Origin: Patescibacteria group bacterium | GTDB taxonomy: Bacteria > Patescibacteriota > Minisyncoccia > Phycocordibacterales > XYD1-FULL-46-19 | NCBI GenBank assembly: GCA_048617235.1 | Contig: JBMCHT010000001.1 | Location: 54,043-118,042 of the forward strand | Length of the DNA: 64,000 nt | Direction of reading: 5' to 3' | Shown here: piece after piece, positions 9,212 through 18,831 of the stretch | How positions within the stretch are numbered: position 1 is the first letter of the stretch | Layout: the number at the start of each line of letters is the position of its first letter | Notes under the pieces: generated by a model | Told to the model about the DNA's origin: nothing | Seen by the model: the letters and a program-made list of their open reading frames with translations, nothing else | Databases searched by the model: none | Made by a program: the position numbers and the translations under genes

Positions 9212-10535
9212 AGTTAGAATTGCTCCCAGTCCAACCGGTTTTATGCACCTAGGCACAGCCAGAGCGACTTTGTTCAATTATCTTTTTATTAAAAATATAG
9301 GTGGAGAATTTATTCTTCGGATAGATGATACAGATAAAGAACGTTGCCAACCGGAATATGAAGCCAGTATTATTAAGGGATTAAAATGGCTTGGATTAAA
9401 TTATGATGATATTTATTATCAATCTAAAAACAAAGATAAATATAGTCAAGCCATTGTAACTCTGTTGGAAAATAATTCTGCTTATTGGTCTCAAGAAGAA
9501 AACCCCAAACCGGGACAATCTCCGGAAGTTATCAGGTTTAGAAACCCGGGTGGAGAAATTGTTTTTGAAGATCTAATTCACGGCTCAATAAAATTTAAGA
9601 TTGATGATTTGGGAGATTTTATAATAGCTAAAAATTTAGAACAACCTTTGTATCATTTAGCTTCTATTGTTGACGATATTGATTCAGAAATTACTCACAT
9701 TATCAGAGGAGACGATCATATAGCCAACACTCCCAGACAAATTTTGTTATGGCAAGCTCTGACGGATAAATCTACTCCTCAATGGGCTCACATCCCTATG
9801 ATTTTAGCTCCGGATAAAAGTAAACTATCTAAACGCCATGGAGCTGTTTCGCTTTTGGCTTATAAAGAAGAAGGATATCTTCCGGAAGCAATGATAAATT
9901 TTTTAGCTTTATTAGGCTGGACCCCTCAAGCCAAAACTCCTAACAATAAACCAACTGACAAAGAAATATTCGGGTTAGAAGAATTAATTAAACGTTTTCA
10001 TTTATCCGGTATTAGTAAAAACGGAGCTATTTTTAATATTGATAAATTAAATTGGATCAATCAGATTTATCTAAAAAAACAATCAACAAAAGAAATGATC
10101 CAAGAAATACCCAAATATTGGCCGGAAACTGAGAAGTTATCTCTGCAAACCAGGGAAAAATTTTGGAACTTGGTAGTGGAAAGAATACACACCCTCCATC
10201 AATTAGCCCATCCTGACATCCAAGCCGAATGGAATTTTATTTTGAATAGACCAAAACCCGATCCCGAATTGATTAAAAATCCACTTCATTTAAAACCCCT
10301 AGCTGATAGACTATCTGAAATTCCGGCAAATAATTTTACTGCCGAAAATATTAAAGAAAAAATTTGGAATTACGCCACTGAAGAGGGGAGAGGAGAGGTG
10401 TTGTGGCCCATGAGAACCGCTTTAACCGGTTTAAAAAAATCAACCGATCCTTTTTCGGCAGCTGAGTTGTTGGGTTCAACAGAAACTCTACATCGTCTAA
10501 AAATAGCTGAAGAATCTTTCAAAAATAATGAATAA
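9201..10535 (+). CDS. gltX: Glutamyl-tRNA synthetase
   Basis: 'RIAPSPTGFMHLGTARATLFN' (HIGH region) and 'KLSKRHG' (KMSKS). Confidence 0.9.
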   Translation: MKNRVRIAPSPTGFMHLGTARATLFNYLFIKNIGGEFILRIDDTDKERCQPEYEASIIKGLKWLGLNYDDIYYQSKNKDKYSQAIVTLLENNSAYWSQEENPKPGQSPEVIRFRNPGGEIVFEDLIHGSIKFKIDDLGDFIIAKNLEQPLYHLASIVDDIDSEITHIIRGDDHIANTPRQILLWQALTDKSTPQWAHIPMILAPDKSKLSKRHGAVSLLAYKEEGYLPEAMINFLALLGWTPQAKTPNNKPTDKEIFGLEELIKRFHLSGISKNGAIFNIDKLNWINQIYLKKQSTKEMIQEIPKYWPETEKLSLQTREKFWNLVVERIHTLHQLAHPDIQAEWNFILNRPKPDPELIKNPLHLKPLADRLSEIPANNFTAENIKEKIWNYATEEGRGEVLWPMRTALTGLKKSTDPFSAAELLGSTETLHRLKIAEESFKNNE

Positions 10536-11829
10536 AAATATTTTAAAATTATTTTTTGTATTAACAATTACAATTTTAACTATTTCAAACAGTGAAGTTT
10601 TTATTGTTAAAGCAGAATCAGATGTTACCCAATTACGCCAACAAGTCGAAACGGGTAACCAAGAGATTAATCGACTGGAAAAAGAAATCGCCGAATACCA
10701 ACAACAATTAAATCAAATCGGCCAACAAACCAAATCTTTGGAAGGAGAATTAAACCGCTTCCGTTTAACCACTCAAAAATTAAACGCCGATATTGCCCTA
10801 ACAGAACAACAAATAGAAAATACTCGCTTAAATATAACCAATCTATCTAATGATATAGACTCCAGTGCCGAAAAAATAGAAATAAATAAATCCGGCCTAG
10901 CCTCATCTATTAGAGCTATTAATGAATATGATCGAATCAATTTATTAGGAGTTATTCTAAGCCAAGATTCTTTAGCAGATTTTTTACAAGATTTAAACGC
11001 CTTAACGGAAATCAATAATAAAATAAATAACTTATTAGCCGAACTTCGAGAAACTAAAACCAGCCTGGAGACTTCTAAGGTTAAAACCGAAAAAGAACAA
11101 GCTGAACTCTTGGCTTTACAACAAAAATTAGATGAACAAAAGAAGATAGCTCTGGCCAACCAAGAAGAAGCAGCTAAATTGTTGGAGGAAACCAAAAATG
11201 AAGAAGCTTCATATAATAAAATCTTAGCTCAAAGATTAGAGAAAAAAAGATTAATAGAAAGCGAAATAAGACAAGCCGAGGAAGCTATTCGAGTTCAGAT
11301 AGATCCCGCCTCCTTACCATCAACCGCTCCGGGAATCTTGCAATGGCCTCTGGCTAATATTCGAATCACTCAATACTTTGGCAATACTAATTTTGCCACT
11401 CAAAATCCTCAGATATACAAAGGAGCAGGCCATAACGGAATAGATTTAGCAGCCAGTGTTGGTACACCGATAAAATCAGTCTTAGCCGGACAAGTTATCG
11501 GAACAGGGGATACAGATATAACCTGTCGTGGAGCTTCTTATGGTCGCTGGATTCTAATTGAACATCCAAATGGTCTTTCTTCTCTCTACGCCCATTTATC
11601 TTTAATAAAAGTAAAAGAAGGACAATCTGTTTCCACCGGTCAAGAAATTGCTTACGGCGGCAATACCGGTTATACCACAGGCCCTCATCTTCATTTTTCA
11701 GTCTTTGCTTCCGCCGGAGTAGAAGTGGGATCCCTCCAAAGCCAAGTACCGGGTTGCGGTATTTATCGTTTACCCTTGGCTGCCAACAATAGCGTTCTTA
11801 ATCCTTTATCTTATTTGCCTTCTATTTAA
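10528..11829 (+). CDS. M23-family peptidoglycan endopeptidase with N-terminal coiled coil (EnvC-like)
   Basis: Signal/TM, long Q/E-rich coiled coil. C-terminal 'GHNGIDLAASVGTPIKSVLAGQV' and 'HLHFSV' M23 motifs. Confidence 0.8.
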   Translation: MNKNILKLFFVLTITILTISNSEVFIVKAESDVTQLRQQVETGNQEINRLEKEIAEYQQQLNQIGQQTKSLEGELNRFRLTTQKLNADIALTEQQIENTRLNITNLSNDIDSSAEKIEINKSGLASSIRAINEYDRINLLGVILSQDSLADFLQDLNALTEINNKINNLLAELRETKTSLETSKVKTEKEQAELLALQQKLDEQKKIALANQEEAAKLLEETKNEEASYNKILAQRLEKKRLIESEIRQAEEAIRVQIDPASLPSTAPGILQWPLANIRITQYFGNTNFATQNPQIYKGAGHNGIDLAASVGTPIKSVLAGQVIGTGDTDITCRGASYGRWILIEHPNGLSSLYAHLSLIKVKEGQSVSTGQEIAYGGNTGYTTGPHLHFSVFASAGVEVGSLQSQVPGCGIYRLPLAANNSVLNPLSYLPSI

Positions 11830-11865
11830 TTAATTTTATTCAGTTTTTATGTTAAAATAAAAAAA

Positions 11866-12162
11866 ATGAAGAATTCTAGCCAACAATCGGGATTTATTAA
11901 ATTAATTGTTATTATAGTAGTAATAGTTATCATTTTAAGTTGGATAGGTTTTGATTTACGTCAATTAATGGAATCTGAGTTGGTAAAAAATAATTTTCAA
12001 TATTTAAAAGAGGTTTTATTGGTAATCTGGGAGTTTTTAGTCAATATTTGGAATAAATTTTTAGCCGAACCGACTATTTGGATTTGGGATAATATCATTA
12101 TTGATCTCTTTTGGCACAATATTAAACCAATACCAGAAATGCTAAATAACAATAATTCTTAA
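11866..12162 (+). CDS. Small membrane protein, hypothetical
   Basis: Single hydrophobic helix 'FIKLIVIIVVIVIILSWIGF'. No known domain. Confidence 0.35.
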   Translation: MKNSSQQSGFIKLIVIIVVIVIILSWIGFDLRQLMESELVKNNFQYLKEVLLVIWEFLVNIWNKFLAEPTIWIWDNIIIDLFWHNIKPIPEMLNNNNS

Positions 12163-12459
12163 AATATACAAAATATGGCTTAAAATAAGCATATTTTAGC
12201 TTAGGTTTATCCACAAGAAGACCCTTTACTGTTGACTTTTTAAATTCTCTGTGCTAACATAGACGACGTAGAGCAGAGTAGTCATACCTGCTCTTTTTAA
12301 GTGGAGTAATACATCAGCGCTTTAAAAATTGTTTAACATAATAATTTTTAATCAAGCGTTACGACGCGTATTATAAAAACTTTACAAATAGGCTTAGTTA
12401 GCCTTATAGCTTTTACCGGAATTAATCCGGCAGCTGTCGATGAGAATAAACAATTCAAT

Positions 12460-12879
12460 TTGGTAGCTGTTGAGACTGAACCGGTAGAAAGCCTTGAAGA
12501 TGATCAGTCTTTGAATTCCGATTCAAAGCCGACCGCAGAGTCGGACGCTGAACAACTTCAAGAATTAATCGTTGAATACAGTTTAAAGAATAATATAGAT
12601 CCTAACTTACCACTGGCTATCGCTTTTTGTGAAAGCTCTTACAGGCATTGGCAAGATGAGGATCAAAATAAAGTCCTTAGAGGTCAAACCAATTCCAATG
12701 ATGTTGGTTTATTCCAAATAAATGAACATTATCATTTAGATAAAAGTCGCGAATTAGGCTACGATATATATACCTTAGAAGGTAATATAGAATATGCTAT
12801 GTGGCTTTTAAAAACAGACGGGGATAACGCTTGGCATTGGAGTCAGAAGTGTTGGAGCCCGAAGCTAGCTCAAAAGTAA
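12460..12879 (+). CDS. Lytic transglycosylase (SLT/lysozyme-like domain) protein. True start probably upstream (~12371) with a non-canonical initiator.
   Basis: 'AIAFCESS' (catalytic Glu-Ser) and 'GLFQINEHYH' resemble SLT 'ES...GLMQI'. The open in-frame upstream stretch encodes a signal-peptide-like 'IIKTLQIGLVSLIAFTGINPAAV'. Confidence 0.6.
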   Translation: MVAVETEPVESLEDDQSLNSDSKPTAESDAEQLQELIVEYSLKNNIDPNLPLAIAFCESSYRHWQDEDQNKVLRGQTNSNDVGLFQINEHYHLDKSRELGYDIYTLEGNIEYAMWLLKTDGDNAWHWSQKCWSPKLAQK

Positions 12880-13186
12880 AATGAATTAGAAACAAGAACC
12901 ACTCAGATTAGATTAGACCTGAGTGGTTTTTGTTTGTTTTAATTTATTTGAATGGTTCGCAAAAGATATATTGTGCGAACCACTATTATCTTTATTCTAG
13001 CTATAAAAAACAACCCCCCTATGCATTTTTTAATTAAAATCTAATTTATCAATCAATTAAATTAAAAACTTTTAATAAAATAAAAAACATATTACACCTC
13101 TCCCCATTTAATCTCTTCCTTTCTTTAATATCTTTAATAAACTAATTTTATTGATTTAAATAAAAAATCTATCCACTCCACTCCCC

Positions 13187-13215
13187 TTGCCTAAAATCCA
13201 AATATTAGTCATAAT
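13187..13215 (+). promoter_or_regulatory. Sigma70-like promoter TTGCCT-N17-CATAAT
   Basis: Hexamers at 13187-13192 and 13210-13215 with 17-nt spacer. Drives the GC-rich element that follows. Confidence 0.4.
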
Positions 13216-13216
13216 A

Positions 13217-13500
13217 AAAATGGACTGTGCACCACAACTAAAAGGGAGGGAGGTGATTCTTATCGGCACCCAAACCACCACAAAGATGCCCGTTTTCAAA
13301 ATCTCGGAACACCGAGATGAAAACGGCTTCTTCAGCGTCAAACCGGTAAAGGCAACCCCGGTCGCCCCTACCAAAAACGGCAAAAAAGAGGAACCCGTCA
13401 AGCGGGATCCTCGCAACTAGCCTCACCCCCGGAGAAGCATATGATTATAGTCTCATACGGTGCACCCGAGACAAATCATGTCCTTCTCCGGGGCTTTTTT
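13217..13500 (+). other. GC-rich promoter-to-terminator unit, either a structured RNA or a small-protein mRNA (44-66 aa; ATG 13220, GTG 13253 or ATG 13286, stop 13420). Unclassified.
   Basis: ~55% GC in a ~35% GC background. 'AAAGGGAGGGAGG' purine tract. Long-range pairing GTGCACC/GGTGCAC. Terminal hairpin CCCCGGAGAAG...CTTCTCCGGGG plus T6 at 13427-13500. Confidence 0.35.
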
Positions 13501-13909
13501 ATTGTTGTAAACCGGGACAATTAAGAGCCGGGGTATACCCGGCCGCTTGAGCCTCGGCTTCAGATTGAAACCAAACCAAATTAGGTTCACTAATTTGTTT
13601 GGCTCCGGCACACCAAGGTAAATGGTAACGTTTCCCATTTCTAGAGGCAACCACTACACCGGCGGCTATCGAACCGGTTGGCAAATCAGGATGTTTAGTA
13701 AACATCTCCAAAGGTAGAGTTTCATAAGGGGGTAGAGGCCATTCTTCTACGGTTATAGGTGGTCGATTATCTATCAAATTCTGAATCCGCCCCAGACCAA
13801 AACCGATTACTCCGGTCAAAAAAACTATTAAAATAATAGCTAAATCCTTTTCATATTTAAACCAAGACTGCCTCTTGATTTTTTTCAGCCATTGAGTTAT
13901 ATTTATCAT
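13499..13909 (-). CDS. Membrane-anchored protein with C-terminal Ada-like zinc-binding (YHxxxC...C) domain
   Basis: N-terminal TM 'AIILIVFLTGVIGFGL'. C-terminus 'GKRYHLPWCAGAKQI...VWFQSEAEAQAAGYTPALNCPG' matches the Ada metal-binding-like fold pattern. Confidence 0.5.
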   Translation of the reverse strand: MINITQWLKKIKRQSWFKYEKDLAIILIVFLTGVIGFGLGRIQNLIDNRPPITVEEWPLPPYETLPLEMFTKHPDLPTGSIAAGVVVASRNGKRYHLPWCAGAKQISEPNLVWFQSEAEAQAAGYTPALNCPGLQQ

Positions 13910-13948
13910 TGTCTATCTGAATTAATTTAACTTATATTAACATAATTT

Positions 13949-14230
13949 ATGTCAACTAAAAAAGCCGGTGGATCGGCTAAAAACTTAAGAGATTCAAATC
14001 CTAAATATTTAGGTACTAAACTCTATGATGGCCAAGAAGCTAAGGCCGGATCTGTTATAGTCCGTCAACGAGGAACTAAAATTTTACCGGGAGAAAATGT
14101 CGGCCTGGGTAAAGATCATACAATTTTTTCTAAAATAACCGGTAAAGTGGTTTATAATACTGTTCGTAAAACCAAATTTAACGGTCAAACTAAAAGATAC
14201 AAGAAAGTCAGTGTAAAATCTGAAAAATAA
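13949..14230 (+). CDS. rpmA: 50S ribosomal protein L27
   Basis: '[54 protein letters not shown]' close to the L27 consensus. Confidence 0.9.
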   Translation: MSTKKAGGSAKNLRDSNPKYLGTKLYDGQEAKAGSVIVRQRGTKILPGENVGLGKDHTIFSKITGKVVYNTVRKTKFNGQTKRYKKVSVKSEK

Positions 14231-14232
14231 AA

Positions 14233-14262
14233 AAACAACCGCTTCGGCGGTTGTTTTTCTAA
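14233..14262. terminator. Bidirectional intrinsic terminator between rpmA (+) and rplI (-)
   Basis: AAAAAACAACCGC-ttcg-GCGGTTGTTTTTC: perfect 9-bp stem, GNRA-like loop, A-run and T-run flanks. Confidence 0.65.
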
Positions 14263-14276
14263 ATAATAGTATTTTT

Positions 14277-14741
14277 TTATAAAGCTTCTATAGTTACTTT
14301 TATTTCAGGTTTATCTTTTTGATCCCCCATCACAACTGGTATTTTCACCTCCCCCACTTCCTTTATAGGTCGTTCTAAATCTATCCAATCCGGTTCCAAG
14401 TGAATATCAAATTGTTCCGCCAAAGCATTAGCTATATCCTCTTCTTTTAAGCCGGCAAACAAATGACCGGCTTCACTGGCAGCCACCTTTATAATTACAT
14501 TGACTTGATCTAATTTTTCTTTCAAATTTTCAACTGCAGCTAATTTTTTCTGTTTTTCTTCTATTAAAGACTGTCTTTGTTTTTCCGCCTCGGTTATTGT
14601 TCGATCATCCGCCAGTTGAGCCAAGTTCTTAGGTAATAACCAATTACGAACAAAACCCGGAGCTAATTTTTTAACTTCAAATTTACGCCCAACCTTAGGC
14701 ACATCTTTATTTAAAATAACGGTAGTTTTATGTCTGGACAT
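14277..14741 (-). CDS. rplI: 50S ribosomal protein L9
   Basis: N-terminal 'TVILNKDVPKVGRKFEVKKLAPGFVRNWLLPKNLA' L9 N-domain. Length 154 aa. Confidence 0.9.
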   Translation of the reverse strand: MSRHKTTVILNKDVPKVGRKFEVKKLAPGFVRNWLLPKNLAQLADDRTITEAEKQRQSLIEEKQKKLAAVENLKEKLDQVNVIIKVAASEAGHLFAGLKEEDIANALAEQFDIHLEPDWIDLERPIKEVGEVKIPVVMGDQKDKPEIKVTIEAL

Positions 14742-14795
14742 GATATATTAAAATTTTATTTACCCTTAGAGTTTAACTCAAATTGACTTATTTGT

Positions 14796-15953
14796 CTAGT
14801 TTCCCTTAAAATACTTTTTTCCTTTTAATTTAGCAGGTAATAAATCTTCAGTGGTATAAAGCTCATAATCCCGACCATAACCCATTTTTTTTAACAAAGC
14901 CGTAGTGGCATTCAAAATTATTTTAGGTGGACGTAAAGCTCCAAACCGGCGGCAATCAGCGGCCGCTTGATCATAGGCCTCCACCACTCGTCTATCTTTT
15001 TTAGCTTTGGCTAAATAAATAGCAGTTTGAGTTAGATTTATTTTAATTTCCGGATATCCAATAACCTCGCTTGCTTTAAAAGCGGTGCCGGCCACCAAAA
15101 AAGCAGCCGTTTGAGATAAACCAATATCTTCACTGGCAAAAATTAGCATTCTTCTGGCTATATATTTGGGATCCTCCCCTGCTTCCAACATTCGAGCCAG
15201 ATAATAGACTGCGGCATCCGGCTGACTGGCTCTTAAAGACTTAATAAAAGCACTAGATAAATTATAGTGTTCATCCCCGGCTTTATCATAAGATAAAGAC
15301 ACGGCAGTGGTATTTTCTAACCAATTATCTATTATAGATTTGTTTATCTCTCCCCCAGCGGCTAAAAAATTAAGTTCTTCTAACCAATTAATAAATCTTC
15401 GAGCATCACCGGTGGCCATTTCCGCCAGATAATTTAAAGCTTCCGGTTTAATTTTAATTTCGGCTTTTTGAGCTATTTTAAATAAATGTTCCTTTTCCAG
15501 AGGTTTAAGAAGCCAGACCGACAATCTGGATAATAAAGGTGGTATAATTTCAAAACTGGGATTTTCAGTAGTAGCTCCAATTAAAACTATTTGCCCGGAT
15601 TCCACATACGGTAATAAAAAATCTTGCTGGCTTTTACTGAAACGGTGGATTTCGTCTAAAAATAAAATATTGTTATTCTGATTGATTATTTTTTTGATAT
15701 CCGCTTTTCCGGACGAAACGGCAGATAATTCGGTTACCGGTTTGTTTAAACCACGAGCATATAATCTAGCTATAGAGGTTTTACCCGAACCCGGAGGCCC
15801 CCATAAAATAAAAGAAGTTAATCGACCTGATTCCACTAAACGCCTAATAGCCCCTTCCGACCCCAATAAATGATCTTGACCTATCACTTCATTTAAATCT
15901 ATCGGCCTTATTTTTTCAGCTAAAGGTTTAAAATCCATAAAGTAAATAATCAA
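14796..15953 (-). CDS. rarA: Replication-associated recombination protein A (AAA+ ATPase)
   Basis: Walker A 'GPPGSGKTS', Walker B 'LFLDEIHRF'. C-terminal MgsA-specific domain. Confidence 0.9.
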   Translation of the reverse strand: MIIYFMDFKPLAEKIRPIDLNEVIGQDHLLGSEGAIRRLVESGRLTSFILWGPPGSGKTSIARLYARGLNKPVTELSAVSSGKADIKKIINQNNNILFLDEIHRFSKSQQDFLLPYVESGQIVLIGATTENPSFEIIPPLLSRLSVWLLKPLEKEHLFKIAQKAEIKIKPEALNYLAEMATGDARRFINWLEELNFLAAGGEINKSIIDNWLENTTAVSLSYDKAGDEHYNLSSAFIKSLRASQPDAAVYYLARMLEAGEDPKYIARRMLIFASEDIGLSQTAAFLVAGTAFKASEVIGYPEIKINLTQTAIYLAKAKKDRRVVEAYDQAAADCRRFGALRPPKIILNATTALLKKMGYGRDYELYTTEDLLPAKLKGKKYFKGN

Positions 15954-16551
15954 TTAAGGGCGTAACAAAAACCTCCACTAAAGCAGCTCCTAAAACCCAT
16001 AAAGGTATTATTTTATAACCCCACCGATAAGCCTGTAGTAAATTCTGCTTAATAATTTCTTTTTCTTTTTTACCAAAAGACCAAAGTAAAACTATATGAC
16101 CTAAGTGAAAGCCCCAAGCAGCAGCCATAAAAAAGACCGTTAATTCTATAATTCCATGTGGCAATAATAAAATCAAAGTCCTCCCCCACCCCAAAGCAGC
16201 CAAACTTTCAAAACCAATCATGCCTAAAAGTAAACCATTAACCGTAACAAAAATAGCCGGTCCCAAACCAAAAAGTAATCCGGAGATTATTACTAACCAA
16301 ATTTTAATCAGATTATTTAAAAAAATAATAATAAAAATTGTCCAAGGGCTTAAATTTTTTAACCAAGCCATTGAGTTAAAAAACTCTCCAATCTCTTCAG
16401 AAACTGTTTCTTGATTCAAACTATAAATCAACCACCCCATAATAACTGAAAGAAAAAACAATATTGCAGTATAAATAAAAAACCACCAAACTGTTTTTGA
16501 TATTAAATGGCCACCTAAAAATTTACTCAACCGACTTTTAAAAAATTGCAT
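15928..16551 (-). CDS. SpoIIM/DUF95-like polytopic membrane protein
   Basis: 5-6 TM helices. 'GIIELTVFFMAAAWGFHLG' resembles the stage II sporulation protein M family. Confidence 0.45.
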   Translation of the reverse strand: MQFFKSRLSKFLGGHLISKTVWWFFIYTAILFFLSVIMGWLIYSLNQETVSEEIGEFFNSMAWLKNLSPWTIFIIIFLNNLIKIWLVIISGLLFGLGPAIFVTVNGLLLGMIGFESLAALGWGRTLILLLPHGIIELTVFFMAAAWGFHLGHIVLLWSFGKKEKEIIKQNLLQAYRWGYKIIPLWVLGAALVEVFVTPLIDYLLYGF

Positions 16552-16573
16552 TAACTAAAATTTTTCAGTTGTA

Positions 16574-17818
16574 TTAAAATTCATTCTGTAAATAATCTAT
16601 TGCTTTATCTAACACTGGATCTTTTTCAGCTTCAATGTCTTCTTGAGTTATCTCTACCTCTATATCCGGCGTCAGACCTTCTTTAGATAATATTTTTCCT
16701 TCCGGTGTCTTCCAATGAGCAATAGTCACCTTTAAAGCACTACCTCCGGATATAGGTAACAACTCTTGAACCGAACCTTTGGCAAAAGTTGGCTGGCCAA
16801 TCAAAGTAGCTATACCATGTTCAGCCAAAGCTCCGGCTAAAATCTCTGAAGCCGAGGCACTGCCTCTATCAATCAAAATCACCAGCGGTAAATCTGCTGA
16901 GAAAGTATTATATCCTCGACTACGATATTTTCTAATTGAACTTTCCTCTCCCCTGGTTTCTTGAACCACCACCTCTCCGGCCGGCAAAAACCAACTGGCA
17001 GTATCTATAGCCGCTTCCATATAACCTCCGGGATTACCTCGTAAGTCTATTATTAATTTGTCTGCATTAGACAAAACAAACTCTTGTAAAGCCTGACGGA
17101 ATATTTCAGGAGAAGAAGCGGAAAAATTATAAAATTTAATCAAAAATATTCCACCCTCCAATTCTTCTGTTTCTATAATCGGAATAGATATAATATCTCT
17201 TTCTATATCAAAATTTAACAAATCCGACTCCCCTTCCCTGGCTATTGTCAATTGAACAACAGTCCCTTTTTTTCCTCTGATTAATTTTACCCCCGAATCT
17301 ACAGACATATCTTCTGTAGATTCTCCATCTATTTCAATTATTTTATCTCCGGCTTGCAAACCGGCCTCTTGAGCCGGAGTATCAGATAAAGGAGAAATTA
17401 CTGTTAAGATACCATCCCGAATACCTACCTCCATTCCTACGCCGCCGAAATTACCGGAAATGTCTTCTTCAAAATGCTTTTTATCTGAAGGTGGCAAAAA
17501 AACCGAATAGGGATCACCTGTAGATCTAACCATACCTTGAATAGCCCCCCACAATCTTTCTTGTAAACGTTCTTTTTCTGTTTGATCTTTATCACCGTTT
17601 AAAACAGCCAAATTATCGTCCAAAGCCAGCCATACTTCCCAAAAAGGAGCCATGTCTACTTCCACCACTCTCCCGGCATTTAAATCAGTCCAATTGGCTA
17701 TTGCTTTAGATATCGGCTGATTCTCATAACCGGCATAAACTCCGGCCGAAAAAGCTACTAGCAAACTTAAAGCCATAATTACGGCTATAGATATTTTTCC
17801 TAAAAATGAATATTTCAT
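16574..17818 (-). CDS. ctpA: Carboxyl-terminal processing protease (peptidase S41) with PDZ domain
   Basis: PDZ 'GLQAGDKIIEIDGEST'. S41 motif 'LVILIDRGSASASEILAGAL'. N-terminal signal anchor. Confidence 0.85.
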   Translation of the reverse strand: MKYSFLGKISIAVIMALSLLVAFSAGVYAGYENQPISKAIANWTDLNAGRVVEVDMAPFWEVWLALDDNLAVLNGDKDQTEKERLQERLWGAIQGMVRSTGDPYSVFLPPSDKKHFEEDISGNFGGVGMEVGIRDGILTVISPLSDTPAQEAGLQAGDKIIEIDGESTEDMSVDSGVKLIRGKKGTVVQLTIAREGESDLLNFDIERDIISIPIIETEELEGGIFLIKFYNFSASSPEIFRQALQEFVLSNADKLIIDLRGNPGGYMEAAIDTASWFLPAGEVVVQETRGEESSIRKYRSRGYNTFSADLPLVILIDRGSASASEILAGALAEHGIATLIGQPTFAKGSVQELLPISGGSALKVTIAHWKTPEGKILSKEGLTPDIEVEITQEDIEAEKDPVLDKAIDYLQNEF

Positions 17819-17898
17819 AAGCCTATTATCACAAATTATAGTTTGTCGGTCAATCTAAAAAAAGTTATAATAGCCAATATTGGCTTAAATTAAAATAT

Positions 17899-18831
17899 AT
17901 GATAAAACAACTTCGTTATAAAAATATTACCTGGATTGATGCTACCGCCCCTTCTGTTGAAGAAATAGAAAAGCTAGCTGATCAATACAAAATTCACCCT
18001 TTCATTACCGGTGACTTAAAAACCCCCAGTCCCCGCTCTAAAATTAATTTATATAAAGAGACCATCCATTTGGTTTGCCATTTTCCGGCTATAGACTTTT
18101 TTTATAATCGAGAACCAAATAATAAACCAAGTAGTGATCATTCCTTAACCGAGATGGTTTTTATTATCAGTCAAGATTTTGTTATTTCTCTTCACCAAGA
18201 GCCCAGTCCTCCACTGGAAGAATTATCAAAAATATTTGAATCCGGCTTTAATGATTTGGGAGAAAATCCGAACGGTAGCCATCTATTATATTACCTTCTT
18301 CGACATTTGTATTTATCCCTAGGAAACGGCTTGGATTTGTTGGGCAATGAATTAAAAAAAACCAGTCATCAAGTTTTTGCCGGTCGCGAAAAAGAAATGG
18401 TTTTAGCCTTAGCTAATCTTAATCAACACTTAATGAACTTCCGCTGGGCTTTAAAAAATCATGAGGAATTATTACATTCTTTGAATTCAACCGGTTCCCA
18501 ACTTTTTGGAGAAGACTTTCATTATTATGGACAAAATCTAATCAGTGAATATAATCGAGTGTGGTACATGTTGGAAAATTATCGTGAAACTTTTCAAGAT
18601 GTTCAAAATACCAACAATTCCTTATTATCTATTAAAAATAACGAAACGGTAAAAATCTTAACCGTTTTAGCTTTTATTTTCTTACCTATCAGTTTAGTGG
18701 CTAACTTTTTTAGTTTTACCGTATCGACTCCACTGGAAAAATCCCCTTACGGTTTGGTTATAATTTTAATTATAGCCATTATTACCTTAATAACTACTTT
18801 ATCTATTGCTAAATATAAAAAATGGCTCTAA
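17899..18831 (+). CDS. CorA-like divalent cation transporter (divergent; GMN motif replaced)
   Basis: CorA-type cytoplasmic N-domain, two C-terminal TM helices. 'VANFFSF' where CorA has 'YGMNF'. Confidence 0.6.
   Translation: MIKQLRYKNITWIDATAPSVEEIEKLADQYKIHPFITGDLKTPSPRSKINLYKETIHLVCHFPAIDFFYNREPNNKPSSDHSLTEMVFIISQDFVISLHQEPSPPLEELSKIFESGFNDLGENPNGSHLLYYLLRHLYLSLGNGLDLLGNELKKTSHQVFAGREKEMVLALANLNQHLMNFRWALKNHEELLHSLNSTGSQLFGEDFHYYGQNLISEYNRVWYMLENYRETFQDVQNTNNSLLSIKNNETVKILTVLAFIFLPISLVANFFSFTVSTPLEKSPYGLVIILIIAIITLITTLSIAKYKKWL

Noticed and set aside
12163-12206. Inverted repeat ATATGGCTTAAAATAAGCATAT after the small membrane protein gene, as a regulatory operator
   Set aside because: It is more simply the weak terminator of the upstream gene (short AT-rich stem plus TTTT). 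No second half-site or cognate regulator nearby.
13187-13500. RNase P RNA or tmRNA identity for the GC-rich islet (also considered for 24380-24650, 50474-50867, 55104-55322)
   Set aside because: No GGAAAGUCCGG / ACAGAAxCCGGCUUA P4 strands. No tRNA-like 3' end (GGUUCGAxUCC...CCA). No ANDENYALAA-type tag ORF. Sizes are too small for RNase P.
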